Shown here: in pieces, positions 49,647 through 62,200 of the stretch
Numbering within the stretch: the first letter of the stretch is position 1
Layout: each line of letters opens with the position of its first letter
Source: Amphiscolops sp. MND2022
Lineage: Eukaryota
DNA length: 64,000 bases
Assembly (NCBI GenBank): GCA_964187785.1
Contig: OZ076409.1
Coordinates: 12,898,001 to 12,962,000, forward strand
Direction of reading: 5' to 3'
Notes under the pieces: model-generated
What the model saw: only the letters and a program-made list of their open reading frames with translations
Told to the model about the DNA's origin: nothing
The model's database searches: none
Translations under genes and position numbers: made by a program

Positions 49647-50500
49647 CAAGATAAGATTGCCTTGGCTTGAAAGCAGGTTGGAAAATCGTCTAAGCTAAAA
49701 TTGCTTTCGCTTTGAAAGCAGAAGTGAAAATTAGTCAAAGCTAAAATTGCTTTCAAGTGGAAGCAGTGCTGTGAAATATTCTAAGATAATATTGCTTCAC
49801 TTTTAAAGCAGAACTGAAAATTATTCAGACAAAATTGAGCCAAAACTAGTGATGATTTTTCAGGAATTACAACTTAGGATAAGAAAAAGTTAAAGTTAAA
49901 GTTAAAGAGTTAAAGTTAAGAAAAAAGACTTAGAGGAAATTGGAAGCTAAGGCAAAAAGCACTAAGACAAATTAAGGTAAAGTTAAGTTAAGAAAAAGTC
50001 TTCAAAAAATTGAGAGCTCCAAAAACAAAGTTGAAAAGGTTTAACTAACAAATGTTGCGCCGGGCTGATGACAGGGATTGAACCCGTGAATGAAGATTGT
50101 GGAGTTGAAGATGAATGATTTATCAAGTTTGTATTTCGCCAAAAGAAAAGCCCTGAGAGTTGGAAATTTAATCTGTATTCATACTAAATTTGACTGCTTC
50201 GTCAACCAATAAAATTCAATCACAATCGTGATTGGCTGACGAGCATGACGTAATATGACGTCAAGTCATATGATCTGACAAACGATATCATTTCGCGTGT
50301 GTATTTCGTGGACGAATCGCCCACGAGAAAATAACGTCATTTGACGTCATGTTGTGTGACCAAATATGGAATATGTGCAGTGTCTCAGAACAATGGGGGA
50401 TGAACACGTTGGAGCATGAAGTTTTAAAACAAAGTTATAGAAAGTCTTTTTGGTTTTTCTCAGTTAGTTTTTTTTATATTCCAAGAGTTTGCACACGATA
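49647..50500 (-). repeat. 5' LTR, truncated on its inner side and abutting gag
   Basis: Colinear with 35077-36107, lacking ~70 bp present at ~35946-36015; no PBS found. Confidence 0.8.
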
Positions 50501-50733
50501 TCATACATTTCTAAATTTTTAGAGTCTAATTTTTACGCCAGTTTTGACAGATTTTTGTTTCTTCATGAATAATTAACATTAATTAGGTCTGGTTGGTTCA
50601 TTACTAACTATTGCACCGAAATAAAACTCAACCGAATTAGGACAAAATAGTCAAACTTAGTTGAGGTCGAAATTGGAGAAATTTTAAAAAGCATTTTGTT
50701 GAAATTGCATATGACGAAATGTCATACACCCGA

Positions 50734-53700
50734 TCAAAACGTGCCACCATACGTGGAAGACGTCCAGTGTCTCATTTCCATGTCCTTTCGTTGCAGACGG
50801 GCCTCAACGTTGTACATGCTCTGCAACAGGGCCTGAGTGCTTTTGGAAAACTCATCCAGATGTCTGTTGTACTCAACTGGAATGTCCACTCTCGGTCTCA
50901 TTGGTTTGTTTGCAGCTGTGCGTCTCACAGGCTTCTCTGACTTTGAAGAACTCAACTCAGAAAACCTTTAAAAAAAGTAGTTAGGAATGAGAATTCGAAA
51001 TTTGCGGCAAGCATTCTGTATATTGAGAAATGCATCCAGTTAACAAAAATTTGTTAGAGAAAAAAACCTCTGTCTTGAAGAAAGTAATCAAAAGTTATTG
51101 GCATCAAGTGAGACACAATAATTTTTTGGGAAATTTTTAATTTGATTGCTACTGGAGTTCTCCCGATGATAATAACGACAGATACTGAAGTTTTACTTCT
51201 GGGGGAAATGAAAAAATCCAAAAATTGTTTCGACAAAATTTCCGAATCAAACCGGAGTCACTAACGTTTGTGACCTAGAGGGTACATTTGCTGCTTTTGG
51301 CAGTTGCACACAATGGGTAGGCAATGGTTTAGCTTTTGGGCATTTACAACTTGAAGAGATTGAATTTTGAGGGTTAGGGGTTTCATATTTATAACTTCGG
51401 GGATGGTAAGTGGTTCCGTTGTAGCTAATCGGAGGTTTTCTAGATATGGATGCAAGCAGTTGATGAACGGATTCATCGAAAGAAGCTGATGAACTTGAAG
51501 TGTCGTCAGAATCAGCCATAAAGCATGGTTCTTCTCTTTTACTGTCGAGGCCCGTTGTAGTTTCTTCAAATGCATGTTGGTTAGGGTCCCCCATAAATGA
51601 CACGCTTCCATGAGCAACCGGGACACTCGGCTCCTCAAGAACTTGAGACATTGTGAGATCCAATTGCAACTTTTCGTTCACAATTTGTTCAGCCACCAAT
51701 TTGGTTTTCAAGTTCTGTATCTCAATTTTCATGGCAACGTTGTCGTTTTTCAAACTTCTTTTCTTGCTGACGTAATCTTTTGTCAGTCGCTCAATTTCGT
51801 CATCTTTCAACTTCAGATCCTTTTCCATGTCGAGTACTTGCTGTTGAAGTTGTGCAACTTTCTTTTCAGCGCTCAAAAGTTCGGTTTGCAGATTCTGGTT
51901 TTCTATTTCAAGAGCACCAATTGTCTTCGCATGGTTCAAACTCGAATGAGAGGTATCGTCGTTACCCTCGTTTCCTGGAAATAGAAAGTCCAACTGAAGT
52001 CTAAATGCGTTTTTTCTCAAATTTTATTGAGCCGTGTATTTTGTATTTGGTGACAAAAATAATGTAGTTTCAGCATTTGTCCGAACCATTGAAGTATCTC
52101 TTAAAACTCTAGATTTTGATAAAATTTGATACCTAAAATTGGAGTCAAACTGGTATCGACTTCTGATTAGTATCAACTTCCAATAATTGTTACTTTCACG
52201 TATGGCTTTGAACGTATGAAGAACATGATTTTACGGTATTACCCGAATTTGAATTACTGGATGTGTTGATAACGCCACTTTCATCAAATCCTCTCATCTG
52301 AAACAAGAAACAAAATTTAAAATTGCTAAAAAGTTTTGATTTCAACAAATTTGCTCGATTGTTCCCTGTTTTTTTTTACTGTGATGTGAATATTTTTGTC
52401 CGCTTAACGCTTGAGTAATCAACGTTTTGTATTTTGTACGATTGCAAGCTTAACATGAAGAAAACGAGGAAAAACTATTGCTCCATGTCATTAGGAGCAC
52501 GTTTTACAATTTTTATATTCCCATATGGGTTTGGACTCTGTTGTGGTCGTCCAAAATTGATTACACGCGGTCTTTCAAAATGAAAGGAAAACTGAAGCGA
52601 ATAACCATTTTGAGTTCCTCTTTTAGACCTTCGTTAGCTGCAGCCAGCATTGCCACAGTGCTTTTCAACTCATCGTTTTCCTCTGAAACCACAGTAGAAG
52701 CCAAGGAATTTTGTCGCAATCCTCCGCTATTCTGAAAACAAAACGAAGGTCTTTGACCACTTTTTGAATAAATTTTGAAACGTCCGATACTGGGCTTTCG
52801 TTATGGTTTAGTGAGCCCCTGTCGCCGCGAGCCCCTTTTTTCACAATTTTAGTTTTTTCCGTTACCGCCGATTCGCGGCCATTCCACAGTTCGTGCGGGG
52901 GCTTGTAGCAACAACAACATATCATTTGGTTTTGTTGCACAAGGTACAAGACTTGTGCAACAAAACCAAATGATATGTTGTTGTTGCAAAAGGATTTGGG
53001 GTTGCCTTTCTTTATGGGTCAAGGACGTTTGAGAAAATAGGGTTTTGCCAAAAAACAAACCCATTTTCCTCATCGCTGGAGAAACTTTCGTTTTTACTAA
53101 AACTTGTGCCGTTCGGACCAAACACGGTATCAAAGAATTGTTGAAGCTGTGCGAAAGAAGAAGGGCTTCTCGCAAAACGAAGCAGAAATTGAACAAAAAA
53201 TGTAGGCTCTTTATGAGTACCGCTATGCTATTTAGGATTAAGTGTAAGAAGTCTTGATGAAATATTTTTTGTTACGTTTTGAAGTTTTGGATAGCAAGTT
53301 TGGTGGAAAATTTTCTCAAACCTAAAAAACTTCACTTGGCTGAGATGTTTTTATTTTACCTGCAGTTGACCTTGAAGCTGCAAAACTTGTGCTCTCAATG
53401 ACGTAATCTCGTCATTCAAAGGTGTCGTCTCATCGTCCGCCGAGAATTGAGTTTCTGGAACACTTTCCAGGCCATTACATACTTTTGATTCCAAAATAAC
53501 TTTTTCTCCCTCCGGATTTTGATTGTGGTTGGCGTTTTTCAACTGTTCCATTTCAGTTTCCATTTCCGCTATTTGTTTCTCGTATTCTTCCACAACGAGA
53601 CCTGCTTCCTCAAGTTGCTGATTCAAGTAATTGATCTCACCCATAAGTTGTTCACGACTCCCATCTTCTTCCGGTATCACACTCAAACCGGTCGCCCCAC

Positions 53701-54265
53701 AAGCACGCACCCTCTCGTTTTCTTCCTTCAACGCTGTCACTTCTGCGGTTAAATCTCGAACTTCTTGGTCTTTACTCTCTAGAAGCAGCAGAAGATTGTT
53801 TATCGAATCCATTTCATCCTCTTCCTCTATATTTATTTCTACTTCGTCATCATCGTCATCAAATGCTTCATCTAATGTTTCTACTTCTCTCCGTTTTTCC
53901 TCCATTTCAGCATATTCTATACCTTCTTCAGCTTCGGCCATCAAGTCCGGTTGTGACTCGACGGAATGAATTTTCACGAAATTTATTTCTCTTTTTCGCT
54001 CACTGACTTGCTTCCCCTCAGAAGCTTGAAAATCAGGCTGTGACACGTCATTAGCACTTTCCGCGGGTAATTCTTGATTCGCTGAAACTTGTTCATTGGG
54101 CTTTCGTGTCGGCTCTTTTTGAGTTCCCTGATCTTCATTCGAACCGCCCACTTGTTCGCTAGAAGATGTTATTTCTGCGCCTTTTATCCCATCTGTTTCA
54201 ATCTCTGGTTGTGACATCGCAAATTCAATTTGATTGTCTTTGTCATCTGTTAGTGGTTCTTCCAT
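50734..54265 (-). CDS. Acidic coiled-coil protein of unknown family, 675 aa, 5 coding exons
   Basis: Exons 54265-53360, 52731-52606, 52297-52243, 51974-51266, 50965-50734; all GT-AG with matching phases (0,0,1,2), total 2028 nt; heptad-like E/L/K runs; probable 5'-UTR intron 54417-54477. Confidence 0.8.
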
Positions 54266-54849
54266 GTTTATGGCTTGTTTCTGGTACCTTCTCTAATTAC
54301 AGGGTCCCCGAGCAAATACTTTTCGAATATCAAAATTTATCTTGAAGTTTCAGATGCCAAATTGTTGGTCTTTGGGCTCGTTATTCTTTACCACTGTCCA
54401 TTTTTCCATAGATTTGCTGAAACAACGAAAATGTAAGTAGGTATTAAATTGAATTTTTGGCAGAAATTCACTTACATGAAAATCATGTATCTTTAAAATG
54501 CCTCAAAATTTGGGTGTCTTGCTGTGTTTATAAACAGAGCTTATAAATACATGTTACAACCTGAGCTGCTATATTCTGGGGCTTGAATTCATGAACTTAA
54601 ACACGAACGTAGCTCAAATTCAAAAGGATGTTGTAGAATGTTCAACTCTTGATTTTTTTCTGACATTATTCGTGGGCTATTAGTCATTGTGATTTTTGGA
54701 AGCGTGAACAAAACTAAAACACTTGACTGGATGAGCCAGTTTCGTGAGTTGAGTGGAAGTTTTCACGTTTTTCTGACCAACCAAGAGACCGCATCTACAT
54801 ATTGAATAAGATTCTGTAAATCTGTAAACGGAAGAAGTGACAAAAAGAC

Positions 54850-55699
54850 ATGCAATCTTCTAAAGCGGCTTCTACTGCGGCTTCAAACCGGGCCATAAGG
54901 GGGTCTGATGCCACTCAAATTACCTCCGTTAGGAATCCGTCTACCAGAGCAAGTAAGAAAAATGTTGTGATCAAACTATTGTCTTGTTACAACTAGTATT
55001 CGGAGGAAATGCGATTACGTAGTCTCCAAAAATATTAGCACATACAAATACGGAAATTTATTCGTTTTTTAATTACCATTTTTTCTTTTCAAAGCTTATA
55101 CAGCATACTTTTGCCTCGGTGAGGCCAGATATTTTGTGCCAATTGACTTTGGCCTCAGTGGTACAACTTTTTCGCACATTAACCTGAAATGATAAAATTG
55201 ATTGGATCAAGAGGTTTGCGTTCACCAACCAAAGCTTTGAAAATAAACAGTTTAGCTTGCCTTTATAAAACTAAAGAAAATAATAAAGCAGTATTGAATT
55301 ACTTAATTTAATCTCCCAATAATTAGTGGAAGTTTTTTCCGTTACTACGTTTTTCCTTCGTAAACTTGAAGCATGTGGTAAACTTTGAATATACATTTTG
55401 AGTATAACATTTGATTAGCACAAATCTGAAAACACAAAGTTCAAAATGTGTTTTTTTCTAAAGATTTTCCTAACCCATCGGTAAGAAGTTTCTTTTAAAA
55501 AAGAGATTCGTTTAAATTTCAGCAATGAGTATTATGCATGCCTCTACAAGTGTTACATGATTTTTAAAAAATTTTCCTTGGTTCCATAGGTCTGCCCAAT
55601 CAAGAAGATGCCGCAATTACCATTGAAAGAGCATGGCGTCGTTACTCGGCAACAAAGCAACCCCCTGCTGAAGCAACCAATACCTCAAATTGTCATTAA
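54850..55699 (+). CDS. Putative 70-aa IQ-motif-like microprotein, 2 exons (54850-54952, 55590-55699)
   Basis: A|GTAAGA donor and TTCCATAG|GT acceptor in phase 1; encodes EDAAITIERAWRRYSATK. Confidence 0.55.
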
Positions 55700-56479
55700 T
55701 CACCGCACCGACAACTTGTCTGGACAAGGATTACATTGGCCCATTAACTTGGAAGAACTTGCTTCACTTGCAATAGCTGACCCAAACTGAGAATTAATGA
55801 ATGAAACATGAATTTGTACTAACTATTAATGATCATCAGTTTTCATTTCCAGATAATATAGTTGAAACTTCTCACAGTGTGGATATTTAGGGTAGCCCAA
55901 TTGAATTTTGACGAATTCTCAGTCCCGCTTTTCTTGATTCATTTTTACACCAAAATGAAGAACAATTGTAAAGATGCTTTTTGAGAAATAATTGTACAAT
56001 GTTTATTGCTACTAGCTAAGAACTTCAGAAAGTGAGATAATGTTTGGTGCAACTTGAGCAGTCAAGCGTGTATTTTGCTGTAATTGTTTTAACATGCCAG
56101 AGTTATTCGTGTTTTGATATTATACCATGCACCAACTCTTTGGCCATTGACCAGGTGAATTAAACGATAGATCTCAAAATGAAACTAGTTTTCATTTTTA
56201 GAACATACTGAGCTTTTTTTGGGTTGAGCAAACAAAGTAAAGGTTGTGTATCAAGAAGATCAACTTTAAAGTACATTATAACGACTTGCTTATTTTTCAT
56301 CGTTATTAGTCGGCGCTTTAGTGAAGACCAAAACCACATGAATATAGCAGTCACTTTCTAAAAAAACAGACACGAATTTGACGAAAACGGTGTTGTATTC
56401 TAAACTACGGGTATATTACAGTCTTGTAAAATATTCTCATTCTCTATCCAAACGTAGTATTTAGTAACAAAACATGAAG

Positions 56480-57870
56480 TGATATAGCACAGTTTTTATA
56501 TCAAGTGTTTTTGTGTTTATAAAGCAAATATGTCTTCAACCGAAACTCGGTAGAGGTCAAATGTCGTTGCCGGTGATTGACGGTTGAACCCTCTCCTCTC
56601 TCCGGGTTCTTCTAATACCTGGTTGATGAGCCGATAGGACGCTGGTGGTTTTGGCACCAATTTCGGTTGTGGTGGCTTCTGTGCGGTTCCAAATTTCCAA
56701 AAATTTCCTCCTATGCTATGCCACCGTATCCGACAGAGTCTGTTCGGTTTGTTAACATTTCGGTGAGACCCCCTAATCTTCATTGCAGAAAACTCACCTT
56801 GAAGCATCTCTCCGTCGGTATGTACCTGGATCACGTCGTTTTCAGGATCTCTCCAATTCGGCGCGTATCGTCCATCTTTTTCGGAAAAGCCATATGTTTT
56901 TCCGGCCTCTTCCGGCGTTGCATCTTAGAGGTCATTGTTATGATCATCTTCCGAATCAGTTTCGGTCTGTTTTTTTGTTTTGCACAATCCGCAGTTTTCC
57001 GTTGAGGATGTCCCTTATGATTTCTCTCCACTTTCCGTATTTGCCAGCAAACCCTCGCAGGCAATGTCGTCTCTTTGGGGTTGATCTCGGCTGAGACTGC
57101 GGGCACGGTCTCTCTTCGGTGTTTCTCTCTCGCTCTGAAAAAGTGAGTCCGAAATAATTATTCGATGGATTTTTGTTCCGTATCTATTTTCACGGTACAT
57201 TCGGTTCCGCTTTGTGCAGTTTATATTTTTGATTGAAACCTTCGTTCTAGGGATTTTCGATCATAATTTTTTTCAACAAACTTGAATGGGCATCTATCCG
57301 GGATTTTTTTCTTCTGTGACTTTGCTACCGAAGCCAGTTGTCGCTCCTCTGGTTTTGTTGGGCCATCACCATATGAGTAGTGATTTCCCTTCCCGCGCCT
57401 CGGTCGACATATATCGGTGTCTTGAGCTCGTTAGGTGCTGGAATTGACAATTCTGACCACTCTGATAGAAAGGATTGTCCGCCTTCTATGATATTTGTTA
57501 GTTCCGTTCTTGGTTTTCTACCGTGATGTACTTCAAATAGTGTTTTCATCAGTCCCGTTTGAATTGCAAGTCGCGTTACTTTTTGTTAAACTATTATGGT
57601 CTTTCATAATTGCCAATACCAAGTTGTTCATGGTTTGTATCGCGCTTTCAAATGTTCCGCTTTCCGTATGCGTTTGTGATGGGCAATATTGAATTTGTAA
57701 TTTTCGGGATTTACAAAATTTTTTGTATTCGGCTGAAATGAGAACCCGCTCATTGGATAATTTCTCTGGAATTCAGTATAAATTCGATTGATTTAATAGT
57801 TGGGTAAAAACTACCTTCGTTTCGGATGTTTCACAAATTATTATTTCCATCAGGCTTCGGAAAGTCGGGT
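56480..57870 (-). mobile_element. Gypsy integrase / 3' remnant related to the 17987-23877 provirus
   Basis: FEVHHGRKPRTELTNII.GG.SFLS.WSEL aligns with ORF 22545-23480. Confidence 0.85.
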
Positions 57871-58255
57871 GGATTTTTGTTAGACCCATTGGCATTCGCA
57901 GCCACTTGAAAGATCCGAAAGGTGTGCTGAACGACGTGTAATCCTGACTTTTTGCGTTCATGAAAGAACTGTTCTAATTTCATGCGGATGGTAGTTATCT
58001 GCAATGGCGGCCGTACTAGCACAGGTCCAAAATGGTGAGGAGGGAGCCATTTGCTATGCTTCTAGAGCACGTTCGAAATCTTAGATGAACTATTCAGCTA
58101 CAAAACGGGTACTCCTCGGTGTCGTTCGTTCTTTTCACACGACATTTCAAGCACTGCCTCCTTGGTAGAAATCTCGTACTCCGCACATATCGTAGTGCAC
58201 TGCGTTTGCTACATGTCTTCAAGGATCCAGGGGGTCTGGTTGATCGATAACACGA
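57870..58255 (-). mobile_element. Inverted Gypsy RT fragment
   Basis: YTSFSTPFGSFKWLRMPMGL RT motif in ORF 57773-57961. Confidence 0.7.
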
Positions 58256-58559
58256 AAAACTTGCTCAGTGTTGTGGAACACCGACCTGAAAAGTCAATTT
58301 GGCATATTGACGGCCCATCACGAAAACCCAATTGTGCCACAGGAGCCACTTCAGAAGTGCACAACGAGATCTTGAATCGTTGGCCAATCCTTGTCCTGCT
58401 GGATGTTGCAACCATCCAGTATTTCCGAAGGACACAATCCGCTGAAATCACAAATAAACTCACCAAAACGTCTTCGAGGGATCACGAGGAACAACCTGCA
58501 AGTCACACCAGGTCAGATGAGGTTGGAAACACGTGGCATAAATTACGTGGAGAAACAAC

Positions 58560-58955
58560 ATGTGACTTGTTCATCTCAACAGACACTGGCAAATTGTGTT
58601 TCTGCCGATTTCAAGATGAGTGCGGGCAATGGTCGCTCCAGCAAACGGAAATACTACCCTACAAAATATCCAAGGAGTTTGAAGTACTATGACGTTCCCT
58701 TGTGGACACAAACTATCCCTGATCCGGAGCGCTTCATTTATTATCAAGTGACAAACGAACGATTTGACAATAAGTTGCCATACTCGGCCTTGAGCGCACC
58801 CCTAGAACGCATGCGTGAACATGCAGAAGTGCATGGAGTGAAACACCTTAGTTTGCCTCAAATCGCATGTGGACTAGATAACTTAGAATGGCCCCTGGTG
58901 CGAGAAGGTTTGCAGGCGATCTTCGACTCGCCAAAAGTCAGGCACAGTGTATATC
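58560..58955 (+). pseudogene. TARG1/OARD1 (Poa1p-like) macrodomain within retrotransposon pol
   Basis: DLF..(frameshift)LANCVSADFKMSAG..RFIYYQVT..PYSAL...LERMREHAEVHGVKHLSLPQIACGLDNLEWPLV...IF. Confidence 0.85.
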
Positions 58956-58979
58956 AACAAACCCCCAGGACCTGACAAA

Positions 58980-59216
58980 AAACGACCACAATCCTGACAG
59001 CGGGACTCTTCAGTCTCGCCGGCTTTCGCAAAAGCTCACAAAAGTTTCTGGCTGAAACAGGGATTCGAACCCATGACCGCTGTGTTCCCTGTAAACCGAT
59101 TAAAGTCTACTAAAAAATTACATTCAGGGTGAGGTCCGTGATCTGACGAAAAAAAGAAAACCGATATCACCAGTAATAGTCGGACACTTTTCACTAGAAC
59201 AGCGCTGACTAAAAAC
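58980..59216 (-). mobile_element. Short Helentron-like element with tRNA B-box-like segment
   Basis: TAGTCGGACAC..GCGCTGACTAAAAA end hairpin; GGGATTCGAACCC at ~59060-59072. Confidence 0.55.
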
Positions 59217-62200
59217 ATACGTGATGCGCGAGTGACTGATGAATCTTTACAGGAAGTACGTAGATGTTTAGTGCGTGGTCGACTGCCCGCAACAACGATT
59301 GACAAGTAAGCCCTGAGTTGGCTTGCAAACTCTATAACCAGTTTTCCAGACTTTAAATATGTCAGAATGTCATCGGTGGGCAATTTGAACAGGCCGCCGG
59401 TGCATTGCCGTACCTCCAGCAAATAGTGCCAGCAGCACTTCTTGATCAAATGTTGACTTCCATTTATAGGTCGACAACTGGAGGTCATCCCGGAACGGTA
59501 AATTTCTCGGTAAAAGTCAAACCGTGCTTCGGGTGGCCTGAGTTCGGAGAAGATATCCAATTGTTTGTGAAGTGTTGTTTAGAAAGCCAGAAGAGACGCC
59601 ACCCGAGCAAACACATCGCCACTTCCTAGTCACTTGAAACCGAGCTACACTTTCAATCACTTCGGTCGGAACTTCATGGTCAGTTACCTTCATCTCGAAA
59701 AAACGAACGACTCTCCTCATTAATGACCACTTTACCAAATGGCATGAAGCCATACCTTTATTGAACCAGCGCGCAACTAATCGGGAATTGGGTTCGTAGG
59801 TTGTCCTTGTAGCATACCTAGTGATCAAGGTTGAAACATCGAAGCCAAAATGTTCAAAGAGACCCTGCAGCTCCTGGAAATTTACAAGTTCAGGACCGCG
59901 TCTTTCCAGCTGCAATCACAATCCGTCAAGGAAAGGATGAACCGAATTCTACAGAACATGGTGAATTAACCATGTTCGTGAATGAACCAAAAGCGAAGTG
60001 GGCATTTCAGTTGCCGTATGTCATGATGGCCTATCAGTCGTCAGTACACAAATCAACTGGCAATTCCCACAGTTTTGGGTGCAAGTAAGAGGACACTCTT
60101 TGCCCATCGATGTCATGTAGTCAAGCCCGGAACAGCCGTCTATCAGCGTGGACGACTTCGTATATAACCACCAGAAAGCCTTTCAACTCGGTTTTTCGAG
60201 AACCACCAGAATCGAGCTGGTTCGCGTCAATGTATAAAAACCCAGAGATGGCGAAATTCTCTACACAATCAAAGAGTATATGGCCCATTGTATCAAGGCG
60301 GTCAGAATGTCTTGTAACACAGTGCGCCTGTGCCGGTTTGCCAGACAGCTAAATCGTTCTCGCCATGGCAAGTTTCTCACGCCATCCTTCAATGACTCAA
60401 AAATGTCACACACTAAATTTACAAAACAGCTTAAACGACTGACCAACCTAATGTTCCAACCCGAAACTTTACTGATTCCTAGTACACCCGACGGCGATCA
60501 TAGCAATTCTATGTTTTTCCAACAGTGTCCCGTATTTCTTCCACCAACAACTGGGCCGTTGCATACACCGAATCCTAACAATGACATCGGCTTCTCCTGC
60601 TTCCGCTCAACTTCCGGGCACTTCTTAGCTGACAATGAAATTCGGCGGGAAATGAAACTTTATCCAGCAGGCCGTCCTGGTTTTGAGGCGGTAGTATCCT
60701 AAATTCAATTTAAATTCGAGGTAACTATGTATTTTTGTAAGTGTAAACACTAATCATGTTTAGCTTCCATCGAAATGGCTCCATCCTTGAATAAAGTCAT
60801 CCCTACGGTTAGTACCGCTGAATTTCATGCCTATTCAATGGGCGAAGCCCGGCAATCAGTTCTCGGCAGCTTAAGAATGGAGCTGGTGGAATTGCCAAAT
60901 GTTGAACAAGTGACACACGAATTTCTGGATGCGTTGTCGAAACCAATATCGCATTACTATTGTTCGATTACTCCAGTCAATTCCGCTGGGCTAGAGTCCT
61001 ATCTGCGCACGAAGACAGTCATTTCACGTCTACAGTGTCTATGTCTTTGTCCTTGCAAACCTTCTCGATAACGCCGGTCGTTTCATTCAAATCATTGATA
61101 AAGCCGACGATTACCAAAATCCTGATCCTACGTTTTTATACATAACTCAAAACAAAATCCAAGCTCTTGGGTCGCTCGCACGAGAAACAATCAATCAATC
61201 AATCGCTAATAACTGGAACCTCACTGCACCTGATGCTCCTTGTCTCTGTCCACGTGTTTATCCGATTGTGCTAGGTAATCAGTCGTATGAAACAAAAACC
61301 TAAATGTTTTTTTTTGCTGTCTCTCTTTCATTGTCGGAATATGTGCCATTTTTAGCAAACTGGAACCCCTCAACTCGTTGATGATATTGGACAGCTTGTG
61401 AGTTAGTTAGAAGTTTCGCAACGCTTGCGTCGGTGTTTGTCTCACCACTCCCGTTTTGGTGTATAACTGATTTGGGGAGGTTCGTCGAACTTCCCCTCTG
61501 TGGCTTGGATCAACCATATAGTATGAATATTCTTAGACTGTCACTAGTATCCCAATCTGCCTCTCAAGACAGTTAGTGTAATCAAAAGGGTCGTCGTCTC
61601 CTAGTTGTTCACGCATAACAACAACCGTACATGAACTCGTCACAGTCAATGTATCCTAGTTGTGCCTCAAATTCAGCTGGTGTAATAAAACATATTCCCA
61701 GGTATCATAATGGTATCACTACCGCAACTATGGGTTTTCCTTTAACACCTCATAATGGTATTATTGATCATCAGTAATGCATGAGGTAGTGGTGTAGTAC
61801 TTTCCGTAAAGAAAGAGTTAGCATAGTTGTTCTTCATGCGCAAATTCCAAGCCACTGCAGAACGTCCGGCATGCTTTATTCTCTCCGGTGACAGGATACA
61901 TGATCCTTCCCGAGGACATAAAGGACGAATTTTGGAAGTGATGGACTACAGTGCATCATCTCGAGTGATCCATCACTGGAAAGAATGCCCAAGAAATCTG
62001 GCTGCCCCCATCTCTCGATACTGCCGTAGAGACAGAGTGTAATGACATGGAATTCAAACCACTCACTCGCGACTACTCTTTTCCAATCCCCCCAGTGCAA
62101 CCTGACACCGTGGATCTGGCCGTAGAGGCCTTCATGGAAGCAGAAGAGCGCCTGCATCTTGTCGCAGAAGAATTCGGCTCGGTCGAACTTCATCTTTGAT

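Larger units (their letters stand above)
34235..50500 (-). mobile_element. Large (~16 kb) decayed Gypsy-type LTR element: gag-pro-RT-RNaseH-IN, accessory ORF remnants and env-like gene
   Basis: Direct repeats ~35077-36107 and ~49647-50500; gag knuckle CGYCRRNGHTLQYC (~49030-49072); protease LMVDTGAA; RT IDARYLN, DLSCAYHQ, ITYLDD (~45363-45380); RNase H RELCGI..LYCDHKPI; integrase tail VGPF. Left boundary uncertain. Confidence 0.85.

Noticed and set aside
55608..55790. 60-aa ORF from the track
   Set aside because: A different frame of the same bases fits the splice phase and gives the IQ-like motif
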